Source of the DNA: Antedon mediterranea
Taxonomy: Eukaryota > Animalia > Echinodermata
Direction of reading: 5' to 3'
DNA: 64,000 bases
Assembly: GCF_964355755.1 (NCBI RefSeq)
Contig: NC_092676.1
Coordinates: forward strand, 3,511,888-3,575,887
Shown: piece after piece, positions 25,152 through 37,786 of the stretch
Layout of the letters: each line of letters opens with the position of its first letter
Position numbering within the stretch: the first letter of the stretch is position 1
Position numbers and translations under genes: made by a program
Notes under the pieces: generated by a model
Told to the model about the DNA's origin: nothing
What the model saw: only the letters and a program-made list of their open reading frames with translations
The model's database searches: none

Positions 25152-25744
25152 AGGCCAGTTGCGGGCAAAAAATTTCTATTGATCATACATTCCAATAATT
25201 ATCGATCAATAGTTTCCCCTATGTTTCATACTTTTTGGGATTTTATTTGTGTTACACGAGCTTGTTGAAAAAAAGCACTTTCTTATCAGTGGGGGATAGT
25301 TCAAATTACACAGTAAAATCTCTATTCATTTGTACACAACTTTTATAAATAGAGAGGCATTTTAAAAAGCTATGAAAAATAAACGGTGTGGTAAAAAATG
25401 TTATCAGATGACTAAATATAGGTAATATAACTTGAATTTTACATTTCTGGTATTTTTATTCAACTTCAGATTTTTATTTTCATGCTATAGCAAAAATTAT
25501 CCACCGTATATCCACCATCTTTTTTCACCTTCTAGAGAGTCACCAGACATGTTGTTACATTCGGTTAAACTACCTAACTACTGAAAAAAAGTCTTCCTGG
25601 TTTTCATGGCAGAATTTTGCCAAATTTTGTATTTACCATATTAAGGGAAATTCATGTTTTTTCGTCTTGATTTCTGTTACAAATATTTGATTTATGTACA
25701 ATTAACCAGATATTATATTTCAAATTCATGCCAGTACCTGAGCT
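25152..25744. mobile_element. Non-autonomous DNA transposon with TTAA target duplication (Kolobok-like)
   Basis: TTAA at 25148-25151 and 25745-25748; imperfect 16-bp TIR starting AG (11/16); absent from paralogous promoters of G2, G5 and G8 (CATTTACAATTAAATTCTC). AG termini fit Kolobok rather than piggyBac. Confidence 0.7.
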
Positions 25745-26330
25745 TTAAACTCTTACCACGCCTCCGACTGATAGACGTATATCACGCCCTCTAGAGGAAA
25801 AAACTGACAATGTATTAGGAAATTACTTTTACAGTATTACATCATTAATGTTGAATATTCAGTGGCGCTATTTCCTGGTATTTTATTTCTGCAGTAATCA
25901 AGTGTATCACTAGTGCTGAAGTAGATCATTCCAACTTGTATAACAACAAAATAAAGTTGTAATAAATAAAGTGCCAACGTGTAATGTTTAACTACGAATA
26001 CAGGATCTAACCGTATAGGAAGTTTTTTAGTATTGGATATAATGTTTGATTGAAGTGTTTAAAAACCTAGTACCATTTACAGCATACGTGAACATCAAGC
26101 AAACATTATTTAATGTCTAAAAGATTATTACTGGTGTCTTTGAATCGTCGGAAAAAGGAATATAATTTATAGGAATATTTGCGTAAATCTCAATTTGGTA
26201 AGGAAGTTCCAATATTCGGACATCAATCGAGGTACATTAGTTAGTACTGTACTATTCCTATTATAACAACGCATAGGAACATCGATCGAGCATTATGTCT
26301 TATGATATCTTAAATCGACTACAAATTATA

Positions 26331-28323
26331 ATGGCGCATCATCAATATTGTACATTGCTGTTTTACAGGTGTTTGATTATATTGTATAGTATATCTCACT
26401 GTTGTTGTGCACAATCCTATACTTTTACAAAACAACCAAAATCTGTTCTTGTTGGACCAGGAAACACAGCATCGTTATCGTGTGAATGGACACCAGCATT
26501 GAATGAAAACCATGTCGTTTACTGGTCAGCATTCCTTCATGTTGGTGGGTCGCAAGCAATCGATAGGTCAACTTTCAAGTACAATTTAACAACTAAAGCA
26601 AAATCGTCACATCTTTCCATTTTTAATGTTGATTCCGATGATGTAGGAACATACAGGTGTGATATCTGGAATGCTGGTGATTCATACAATCTTTCACGAG
26701 AGGCTTCTGTATTGTTAGGAGAAATAACGTGCAATCCAGAGAATGACAATGGTGAGATTGGAACAACGCTGACATGTTCTTATTTTACTTCTTATTATTC
26801 ACGTGATATTGATTTACTATGGTATAAAAACAGGAAACAAATTACATCAAAAGTACAAAAAAACAATGTTACAAAAACAGGAGCGTTGACTGTCGAAGAC
26901 GATGGAGCTGTATTTACTTGTACAGCCAGACTCGCATCTCAACATCAAGCGATAGGAACTTGTGAAACTATTCCGCTAGTATTGACTATAGATGCAGAGA
27001 TTGAACAATCACCACCAAGTCCACTTCATGCAGGTGATATATTTAATCTTACCTGCTCAGGGAAGGGTAATCCTGATTATTATGAATATGAATGGACATG
27101 GAATAACAAATCGATACAATCGTCGCCAAGTAAAAGTCGATTTGCAAATGGCAAAGTGGTTATTGTGAATAGCGTATCAAACAGTGACAATGGCAAAATA
27201 GTTTGCTGTACTATTAGTCGTAGTGGTCGCAACAGTAGTACAGCAAGCTATACAATAAACGTCTTAGAGCATGTGTTGAGTAAACCTACATCTTTACAGT
27301 CGACATTAAGTACACGTACGTACAAATCCATTCCACGTCAAATATCAACAGCCAATGTTCGAGATGACGTTTCAATGATAGCAGGTTTACACACAGCATC
27401 CTTTACTATCACACAGCATTCAATTACAGACAACAAGTCCCAAATAGGCCTACAAACGGTTGTCATTTGCGTATTTGCAATTTTACTCCTCGTTTCTGTA
27501 ATAACAATAATAAGCCTATGTGTGTATTTGCAAAAAAGAAAAACACAATTCCTTCAGATCGAATCTCCAATAATCGACAGTCAAATAATTTTGGACATGT
27601 TTACGATTATATTACATCATCTGGCATACACGTGACCACGACAGCCAGTGACGAAGTTCAGTATGATTATGCTATTTACCCGGGAACACAAATCATCGAG
27701 GGGGTGAATAGCACGGAAAACGAATACGAGGTTGGTGTATTATCTTCACGTACTGATAGTTTCAGAAAAGTCTGTACAAGTGATAAAGAGGTTGAGTACC
27801 AACATGATGACACAATAGGCCTAGGCCTACATCTCAAAGATATGACAGGCACTAATACTTCTGAGAATACATTAGATATTGTGAGCGAGTCATATGGCCG
27901 AGCGGTTAAGGCAGGGGAGCCGTTTATCGTACCTAAAGAGCCAACAACAACATCGGCAAGGGTTCGAGGCCGACTCGCTCCTAGTTCTGGTGGTGGAACA
28001 AGTCTTCTCGGATAAGGACTATAAACCGTAGGTCCAGTGTACACAGTTATAACTCAGTTCATTATTCGAAAAAGAGTAGGGGGTTACCCCGGTGAACTGG
28101 TTCACACAATAGCCTCTGTATCCTATCTGATAGGACAGTGATTAATTCAGGCCACATTGCCTAAAGACATAAAATAAATAAATAAAATATTAGGAACAAA
28201 AGAATTAAACTATGTACGCGCCTGAATGCAGCTGGTGGCACTGATGTAAACCTGTACGAAAATAAATCTGTATGTACAAAAGCAGTGACGTCAGCTATGA
28301 CATCTTTTACACAAAAGAGATAA
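26331..28323 (+). pseudogene. G7: 3-Ig receptor with intact ectodomain and TM, frameshifted and SINE-interrupted class D tail
   Basis: ORF to 27635 leaves the family frame at the A-run 27532-27543; true tail continues in ORF 27467-28015, is interrupted at 27881-28186 and ends ...LYENKSV...QKR* at 28323. Could still encode a tail-less receptor. Confidence 0.8.
27881..28186 (+). mobile_element. tRNA-derived SINE with Deu/Nin-like core
   Basis: A box TGGCCGAGCGG, B box GGTTCGAGGCC, core GTCTTCTCGGATAAGGACTATAAACCGTAGGTCC...AAGAGTAGGGGGTTACCCCGGTG, (AAAT)n tail, ATATT target duplication; empty site in G6 at about 23161. Confidence 0.88.
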
Positions 28324-30555
28324 AAACACAGTAATTGCATCAACTGAACACCAATACTCGAACGTTATATGTAGCAAATATACAGTATTTAATCGCAATG
28401 TTATCGAAAAAATAATTCTAGGCCTATATTATAAAAAATCTTGGCATTGAGCGAAATAGAAATAAGAAATAAATTATAATAAAAGAGAAATATATCCAGT
28501 TGATAATAGCATAATACTGATAATTATATTTTCATTGTTTCACTATAGCCCGTATTAGCCTAAATGTTTCTGACACTCATGCAAGTATTTGCATTTTTTT
28601 GTAGTGTTTGAAACAACAGTTAACGACAATTATTATCGTCTTATGATTATTATAAATGTAGTAGTAGTATTTGGTGTACAACAATTAATTCAAAATTACG
28701 TTTACAAACGATTAAGAAGAATTTGAGACTTCTTGAAACAAGGAAAATAATGTAAAAGATTTAATGTTTATTCTATAATTTATATCTGTGTGTTCACAGG
28801 AAATCATATTTTGAGGCAAAGTTTCCAGCCCTAATGAGACTCCTTGATCAGCTTCAATATTTTAACATTTGTTTATGTCCTTAAATCAGTTTTATATTAA
28901 TGTCGTTTACTGTTTTTATATTTAATTGTCTATTGCTGTTCCTATGATACACTATGTCGTATTTAGAGTTACTTTACTGAGAATCGGGTAGTTTTAACTA
29001 ATTAAAATTAGTCTGCTGATTTGGGTAATCAGCCAATCACGAGACGTAATCATATTCTGGTTCATTTTTTGGTAAATTTCTAAGCTATGAATTAAAGTTA
29101 GAATTGTAGGGATGTCTTCGGCTTCCAATTTTAGTTTTCGGTCACAACATTCTATTTAAATATAGTACTCGAACTAAAATAAACGTTTATTTTATACACT
29201 CGCTTTTGTACTTTATCAAATGATTTGTTTCACAAACTAAAATGTTGAAACTGAAAGTTACTGGTAATAATATAAGAAAACATCACCGAATAGTTGTCAC
29301 GAACACATCAGGTGTGTCATAGTTTTAAATGGAGGTTTTTGTTTTGTTTGTTATTAAATTATTTTTCTGAAAGAGATACATGCTTGTTTTTATTAGGGGT
29401 CTCTAACTAATGCATATTATAAAGTACTGTATGTATTTAAGAAGCTATAGGTTTACAACTAAATTATTTCAAAAAGAGCAACAACAAAAATGGAAGAAAT
29501 AAAGTTTTGCTTATTAGTACGACTATTTAACACATTACTGTTACTGTTCCAAATGTTACGGTCCGGTCATGTATTTATTGTACAGATATCTTTATAAACT
29601 TAGATAACCTTCTTTATACTATGTCATGAAACATTTATATCGATTTAACTTGAAGAAACCGACGAAAACCAATCGGAAAAAAGTTTAAAAAAAAGGAAAA
29701 CAAATACTAATCGGTGAATATTTATCTACATAAATTGTTGAGTATAAAAAACTCTACAATAGAAAATATCCATTGAGGCCTATTTTATCACATTCCTTTT
29801 CAGTGCAGAATAACCGTACGAGTACAACAACCAAAGTATCACGAAATGTAAGAATAGTAAATATTTTTATTTAATCGACAGGAAAGATAAAGTTATGTAT
29901 AGTGTTTGGTGGTGGTATTATGTAGGCCTACCTTATTGGTGTTTTAACCAATCACAGTCACGAACTACTCAGCATTTACAATTAAATTCTCACTGATCAC
30001 GCCTCCGACTGATAAACGTATATCACGCCCTCTTGAGGAAAAATGGCAATGTATTAGGAAAGTATTTTTAAAGTATTACATCATTAACGTTAAATATTCA
30101 GTGGCGCTATTTCACGGTATTTTATTTCTGCAGTAATCAAGTGTACCACTAGTAGTGAAGTAGATCATTCCAACTTATATAACAACAAAATAAAGACACA
30201 AGTGCCAACGTTTAATGTTTAACTACGAATACAGGATTTAATCGTATACGAAGTTATTTAGTATTAGATATAATGTTGGATTGAAGTGTTTATAAATTGA
30301 GTACCATTTGCAGCATACGTGTGAACAAGCAAACATTATTTAATGTCTAAAACATTATTACTGGTGTCTTTGAATTGTCGGAATAATGAATATAATTTAT
30401 AGGAATATTTGCGCAAATCTCAATTTGTTCCAAAATTCGGACGTCAATACAATCGAGGTGCCTTAGTCAGTACTGTACTATTCCTATTCCTATTATAACA
30501 ACGCGTGGGAACATCGATCGTCTTATGATATCTAATATTGACTACAAGGTTTAAA

Positions 30556-32547
30556 ATGGCTCATCATCAACATTGTACATTGCTGTTTTACAAGTGCCTG
30601 GTTATATTGTATAGTATATTTCACTGTTGTTGTGCACAAACCTATACTTTCACACAACATCCACAATCGGTTCTCGTTGCTGAAGGACAAACAGCAACAT
30701 TATCGTGTGAATGGAAACCAGCATTGGATGAAAAACATGCCGTTTTATGGTCATCATTTCCTCGTGTTGGTACGTCTGAACGAATTGAAAGTTCAACCAA
30801 AAAATACAATCTAACAAATAAAGCGACTTTTTCAAAGCTTTCCATTTTCAACGTTAATTCTAATGATGTGGGAGACTACAGGTGTGATATACAGACATAT
30901 ACATATATTCTTTCCCAACAGGCTTCTGTAAATGTAGGAGAAATAACGTGCAGTCCAGAGAATCATAATGGTGAAATAGGAAAAACGGTGACATGTTCTT
31001 ATTCATGTTTGTATCCTTCAAATGATATTGATTTACATTGGTATAGGCCTACACATGGAAATGTAATTCAAAAACACAGACATGTTTTGGAATCAAGGGC
31101 TTTGACTGCTGACGACGATGGAGCTGTATTTACTTGTAAAGCCACAATTGGATCTCAAGTGATAGGAAGTTGTGAAACTACTCCTATTATATTAAGTATA
31201 GATGCAGAGATTGTACAATCACCACCAGGTACACTTCAAGTTGGTGATAGCTTTACCCTTACCTGCTCAGGGAAAGGTAATCCTGATTATTATGAATATG
31301 AATGGATGTGGAATGACAAACCTGTAGGATCGTTACCAAATGAAAGGCGATTTGCAATAGGAAGTGTGCTTACTGTGAAGCAGGTAACAAGCAGAGACAA
31401 CGGCAAAATAGTTACTTGTACTATTAGTCGTGATGGTCGTAACAACAGTGTAGCAACCTATGCAATAAACGTTATAGAGGGAATGACAACACGTTTGCAG
31501 TCGACACCTGGTACGCGTACGCGCAACTCAATTACTCGTCAACTATCAACCAACGTCCCTGCTGACGATTCCGCAACAGTAATAATGACTATACGTTTAC
31601 AGTCGACACTAGGTACACGTACGCACAAGTCAATTACGGTGGGACTATCAACAACCAATGTCGCACATGACGTTTCACCAGTAATGACTACACGTTTACT
31701 GTCGACACTTGGTACACGTGCGCACAAGTCAATTACAGACCTATCAGAACCTAATATCCAGTACATTGATTCTACAATAGTAATCATTGTCATCATTGGC
31801 GTAGTTGCGATAGCTCTTGTGAGTTTGATAACAGCATTTACAATTTACTTTTTTAAGAAAAGGCACAAGAAACAGTACGACAAAGAAGAGACAAAACCCG
31901 AAAATGTACCATTAAAAGAACCAGTTTACGGTAACACTGAAAAAAATATTAACAGTTCTGAAATAGATAATAATCTGTGTGAAAATGTGGAGACAATGTA
32001 CGCAGAACCTGACCTGTCAGCAAATGGGTGCCATGTTAAATATGACACACCACAGAATGCAGTAAACATTGATAAAACTGATGATTCTTTAGGTAAGCCA
32101 ATGAAACCTAATGAAGTGAGTGATGCTAAGCCGAGAAAAAGGACAAGTGCCGAAAATACGGATGAAATGCAAGTAAGACCAACCGGACCAACCAAGGCCC
32201 ACACTGTTAAAGAAAGTCTTGAAGATCTGTATTCTAAGCCTAACAAAATGAATTCGAAAACGCTGATCGAGGCCCACTGTAAAGAGAATCTTGAAGATTT
32301 GTATACTAGGCCTAATAAGCCGACTGCAAGCAGACCAGCCAACAATGTTAAAGAAAGTATTGAAGATCTGTATTCTAGGCCCAACAAACCAACGACAAGA
32401 ACGCCAGAAATTACGCACGAAGATCCTACTAAGAAAAACGTAGAAGGCTTAACGTACGCAGAAATAGAGTTTAAAAGCGGTACGTTCCCAGCCCCTGGAC
32501 CACAGGACTATGGGCTTGATTACGCAACTGTACAGATTAAAAAGTAA
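30556..32547 (+). CDS. G8: intact single-exon IgSF receptor, 663 aa, tandem-ITIM (class B) tail
   Basis: Full ORF; three stalk repeats; tail with EDLY(S/T)(K/R)PNK x3, LTYAEI and LDYATV. Confidence 0.93.
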   Translation: MAHHQHCTLLFYKCLVILYSIFHCCCAQTYTFTQHPQSVLVAEGQTATLSCEWKPALDEKHAVLWSSFPRVGTSERIESSTKKYNLTNKATFSKLSIFNVNSNDVGDYRCDIQTYTYILSQQASVNVGEITCSPENHNGEIGKTVTCSYSCLYPSNDIDLHWYRPTHGNVIQKHRHVLESRALTADDDGAVFTCKATIGSQVIGSCETTPIILSIDAEIVQSPPGTLQVGDSFTLTCSGKGNPDYYEYEWMWNDKPVGSLPNERRFAIGSVLTVKQVTSRDNGKIVTCTISRDGRNNSVATYAINVIEGMTTRLQSTPGTRTRNSITRQLSTNVPADDSATVIMTIRLQSTLGTRTHKSITVGLSTTNVAHDVSPVMTTRLLSTLGTRAHKSITDLSEPNIQYIDSTIVIIVIIGVVAIALVSLITAFTIYFFKKRHKKQYDKEETKPENVPLKEPVYGNTEKNINSSEIDNNLCENVETMYAEPDLSANGCHVKYDTPQNAVNIDKTDDSLGKPMKPNEVSDAKPRKRTSAENTDEMQVRPTGPTKAHTVKESLEDLYSKPNKMNSKTLIEAHCKENLEDLYTRPNKPTASRPANNVKESIEDLYSRPNKPTTRTPEITHEDPTKKNVEGLTYAEIEFKSGTFPAPGPQDYGLDYATVQIKK

Positions 32548-32924
32548 CGTAAATTGTTACGTAACCGTTAGGTGTACAGTACTTACCGTTTACGTTGTAA
32601 CACATTTTAATACGTTTGTCATCAACACATGTTGTAGAACTGTTAATTATTTTTCGATATGTGACGTAACCGTTTGGTCAAATCGTTTGTGACAGTTTTA
32701 CGCAATGTGTATGTAGGCCTGAGATTAAACAGAAGGTAATACGACATACGTTTCCAGCGACCTCCATAAAGAATATAGATTTAAAATAACAGACTATCAC
32801 ATTATCTATGTTAACGCGGACTGCTGAGTTATTTCTGTAACTTTGTATACCGTTTTTAATATAATTGATATAAAGCACCATGGTATTCTATAATAATTTT
32901 CTATGATAAATGAATACATAAATA

Positions 32925-34137
32925 GGATGCATTGCAGCCACATAAATATATAATTTAAGAAAGAAATAACCAGCCAGCCTATTAAAACATATAGGCCAAA
33001 CTATAAAAACGGTAATTCTTGTCATCTAATTAGTTAAATAGGTTTAATTATGAATAATTACTAAAATATGTATGTTAGTCATCTATAGAAAATACATTTT
33101 TAGTGTATATACCAACAATTGAATTTGTAATGTCATATTTTAATAATGTTAAAATTATTGGGGTAAGTGGTCCAGTGGGTATTGGGGTAAGTGGTCCAAC
33201 CATTTTTGGCTTTAACTTTACATTAAAACAATCTAAAACAGTTAGTTATGGTGTCATATGCAATTATGAATTATTATTATTATTTAATTATGATCTTTTT
33301 GTTTGTTTTATGTATTAATTTTAATTATTTTTAAAAATTTCTATACATATTTCAGTATGGTTAGAACATACAAGCCCACGAAACGGTGCTGCTAAAATAA
33401 ATGGGACATAGAGTCAAAATGTGAATGCAGTGGAGGCAGTAAAGAATGGGGAACTGAGTTGTGAAGCAGCAAAGCGCTACGGTGTACCAGACAAACAGAC
33501 CTGTATTACCACTGAGTGAATATAGCAATGATGATGACACTACACTTGCGCAAAATGCAACATATTTTGACGATGAATCGTGGACATCATGTCGCTCATG
33601 TAGTGCATGGTATCATGATAAATGTGCTTCATGGAGAGGACAGATGCATACATTTATTTGCACAAACTGTATAAATGAATATGGGTATGATGATGATATC
33701 GAATGAACTTGCAATTGTCAAAACCCATGAATAATACTGTGAAAAACTTTTGCGTATGATAAAGCTATGTTTAAACATGAAAAATTGAAGTTTAAATATG
33801 TAATTATTTTATTAAATGTCATGTACAGTTCATGACTTGCTTTTGTAAATATGTTATGATAAATAAAAAACAATATTATGTCATCAAAAATTGTTTCTTT
33901 ATGTATTTTGTATATTGGTCCAGTTACCCCACTGACGGGGCAAGTGGTTCAGCAGAGCAGTCGTCACAAATTAATTCAAATTAATTAATTCCAAATAATT
34001 AATCCAAAATAACTTTTGGATACAAGTAACCAAGTATATATACCATCTAATCATGGTATTTATATTAAGTTTTACTACCACTGGCTGTATTTATTTTATG
34101 ATAACTCACTAATTGGACCACTTACCCCATCCTCCCC
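32925..34137 (+). mobile_element. Internally deleted pogo/Tigger-like transposon relic
   Basis: MVRTYKP...AVEAVKNGELS.EAAKRYGVP (psq/CENP-B HTH-like, 33357-33495) fused to WTSCRSCSAWYHDKC...FICTNC (PHD-like); right end TTGGACCACTTACCCCATCCTCCCC-TA with subterminal GGGGTAAGTGGTCCA repeats; absent from paralogous spacer at about 8285-8620; left TIR not found. Confidence 0.7.
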
Positions 34138-34663
34138 TAATTGATATATATTGATTAGATAGCTTAATATTATTGATTATGAAATTAAAGTTATTGATTA
34201 TGTATTTTATATTGGTTGTTATTGGGGGTTTTTCAAATGAAAGCCAAATGTGTGAGTTATTTTTCGTTCTTGTATGAGGAAGCAAACTGAACACAATTAT
34301 TTTTGGAAATTAGGAGATTGAAACAACACTGCGAGATCAAGGAAGTACAGGAAACAATTAGCAACAGTTATGAGTTATATAAACACTAACATTGATGTAT
34401 GAGGTTAGAGATCGGTGGTTACATTAATTCCCTTTCTGTCGATGGTACTTTGTACAATTCTCCCCGAATCTTCAACAAGTCCACACGGACTTCCGGAAAA
34501 AAATAATTCAACATGACAGTAATTTCTGCATGATCAAACCAACAAGAAAACAAGGCCATATACATGGCTGCAGTCGCGTGGTCAAGTTAGTGTTTGCCGA
34601 CCAACCGACCGACATAATGAGCTGTAGATGTAATTGAAAGTTCAAGATTAGTTAGAGATTGAT

Positions 34664-35657
34664 CATCAATCCCGTAGCCAGGGGGGTTTTTTGGGGTTCG
34701 GGCGAACCCCCCTTTTGCGCGAACCCCCCTTTTACCAGCGAACCCCCCTTGAAAAACAAAGGCCCCACTTCCAAAATCGTGCAATTAATTATCAATTATA
34801 GCAGATTTTTTGGTCATTTTACTTCTATTGACTATGTTTAAATCGATCGAATATACAGATTGTCCGATGTCAAAGTCACTGCTGAGCGTAAGATCGAGAG
34901 ATTGTTGAGAGATGATGGTTATAAATATGACAGAAAAATGGACTGACCAATCGCGTGCTTCGGCCGGGTTTTTCGGAACGCACAAGATCACGTTCAGTTC
35001 AGTTCAATCTTTTTGGGGATTTTTATTTTTTTCCGGGAAATATTTTTCATTAAACCAAAGAATTTCACTGTGTAAACATGAATAAAAATGCTGCTGAGTT
35101 AAATTGGTACGTGTACGTAGGCCTACCGTATATTTCGGTGTATAAGACTCACTTTTGACACGCAAATTTGACCTCTAAATGTTACCCTAATTAATTTAAT
35201 TATCTACTAATACTTAAATTAATTAAAAATAGTGTACTACTCTGCAATGTAGGCCTAGCTAGTTACTCACTCCTGTCTAACCACAGTGTGGTAACAAGTT
35301 TATTGAATTTTTAGTTAAGGTAAATTGTCATCCTCGACTGTATTAATTAATATTACAGTCGGCATTAGATATTCTACCCAGGCCTAGTAGTACTCTCTGA
35401 ACTCGCGGGTGTGTATTCTAGCAGCATGCAGCATCACAGCGCAACACATTTATGGAAGAGTCCATTAATTACGGTGGTGTCACATTTTAATTACACAATA
35501 ACTATTTCCCTTGATCACGGTGGTTTATTTTTAATACATCTCTATGTCAACAATCACATAATTTTATAATCATGTAGGCAATAGTTCGTATGTCAAGCGA
35601 TATCTAAAAGAGTGTGTTGTCATTGTGTTAGTAGCTTCCCCTAATCTCATAGTGTAT
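34664..35657. mobile_element. ~1-kb insertion beginning with a hAT-MITE-like GC-rich end
   Basis: CAATCCCGTAGCCAGGGGGG...GGGGTTCGGGCGAACCCCCC; paralogous site at about 9055-9075 (AGAGATTGATGGTTACTTTC) is empty; second TIR not seen. Confidence 0.55.
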
Positions 35658-37786
35658 ATGGTTACTTTCTGATGGTAATTCTTTAGCTCTATCTACACTA
35701 TCAAACTAGTTTGACAAAAAGGTGTGATGTGCCAAAATATGGTAGTGATATTCCCAACAATGGTAGTGGTATATCATGTCCATATATGGGCCCTTCACAT
35801 TTTTTTTGTCACATAACATTTGATATTGTAGACAAAGCTTTACTGTTTAAACAAAATGACCCACATTTTTCATTTTATTTGAAATTCATATACAATTTAG
35901 ATTTCAAAGATTTTTTTGTTATCTTTTGTGGTTCACCACCACATTTATTCATTCAATGTTTCATTAGGGCCTACATAATTTGTTACCATTATTTTCTGTT
36001 TTTCCTCATTAATATCATAATGTTAACCTTTAGTATCATCATTAATAAACATTCATTTGTTATTTTGTTTTCTGAATTACTAAACATTAATATACAAAGT
36101 ATTTACTTCTTAACATTCTTTTTTTTGCTAAATCTTCTATTTACAAAATCAATTGTACATTAATTAAATACTTAGATTTCAAAGATAAAAACACACAAAG
36201 TAACGCAAAAGGTTCAAGTATGTTTTTTTTAGCTTGTGGTTCATCAATATCTATACGATTGCACTGCGGTAATGTACCGGTACAGCAATGGTAACAAGTT
36301 AAAACCAAACCAACTTCTCCTTCTCGATACTGGAGTAAAACTACAATTTATAACGCCTTCGATTTAAGTTCCAAAAGGTCAAAGAATGTTGTTTTTGCTT
36401 TAGATTTTCCTTCGTGCTTCATCAATTGTACGGTAAAGTACGGGTACTACTGGTAACAAGTTAAAACTAAACCAATTTCTCTTTCTCCATACTGATAGTA
36501 AACTCTAAATTAAAGACTAAAACTAACTCCTTCGAGGAAGCAACGGCAATAGAAATTAAAGGGCGACAAATTTTACTTAATTCGTTTTTTATGACATTAA
36601 ATGGTCGCACAGACACTTCTGTTCATCTATTCATAGCAAAAAACTATTCAAAACAAACAAGTTACGAAAACAGTAAGCCCTAACAAGGAAACAAGAGCAT
36701 ATGAAGCCCTGTCCACACTATCTAACTTTATGTAACAAGTTATTGCCCATAAACGGACATGATGATGTCACATCACTACCATATTTGGGCATACCACTAC
36801 TATGGGCACATCACACTTTTGTTGTCAAACTAGTTTGATAGTGTAGACAGAGCCTAATGCTGGTTGGACCAAAAATAGATCGGAAATGAAAAATCGGAAC
36901 ATAAAGGCTTGCTTCTAAGTGTTCTCTATGTCTTGTCGTCACTTGGAAGGTAAACATATTATTATGTACACTACTCTCCCAGGCTAGGTCACTGCGTATA
37001 TTGTTACAGTATTTCTATCTATGTTCAGTATTATATAATTTCTTATTTACATACCACCTGTCCTATTGGTATATAAGTACTCTAGGCGTTGTTTTCTGTT
37101 CTTCTTCTGATGAGAATTGTTTCTCGAAACATGTCACATTTTAAGGCAGTTTGCCTATTCGTTAAATGCCTCGCTATACTCATAATTAACTCGTAAGTTC
37201 GGTGGAATCATTCATGATTTATCTATTATATAATATGATTGTATGATTACCGTTATTTTGATATTAGTAAATGAATTTAGAAATACCTCTTTACTAAACG
37301 AATCGGAATAAAATAAAACTGAGATAATAACAGAAGCTGTGCGTGTGAAGTATACAACAACAGTTTCAAGGTAAACCATCCAAGTATTTTCATTTCGATT
37401 GGTTTGTTAAAAATGTCTAAATTCCTAATCCGGAGGTAATGAAGTAAATAAACACTGTATGGGGCATCATTGTATTATCACTGGATAACATACCACGCAA
37501 TATAATAATAACACATATGAAATGATCTGCTAAAATAACTTTATAATCGGATAAACAATTATTTCTATATGATTGGATATTGTATTGGGCACAAATGAAA
37601 TCATATCACGTGAGGCTTTAGTAATAATGTCTTTCAAAAGAATGCGTTAAAACATCAACTATTCTTACATTGTAGTCATTACCATAAATGATTGGAATTT
37701 ACAATAGTCCTAAACAATCTCAATTTTGGTAAGGAAGTTACTTTAAACCGATCAAAAGCAATATTTGAGAATTGACATTCACAAGA

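Noticed and set aside
27890-27980. Possible tRNA gene
   Set aside because: A and B boxes belong to the SINE head; no convincing cloverleaf.
35711-36163. 150-aa hydrophobic ORF
   Set aside because: Begins inside a MITE, AT-rich, and is not maintained in the duplicate at about 9130-9590.
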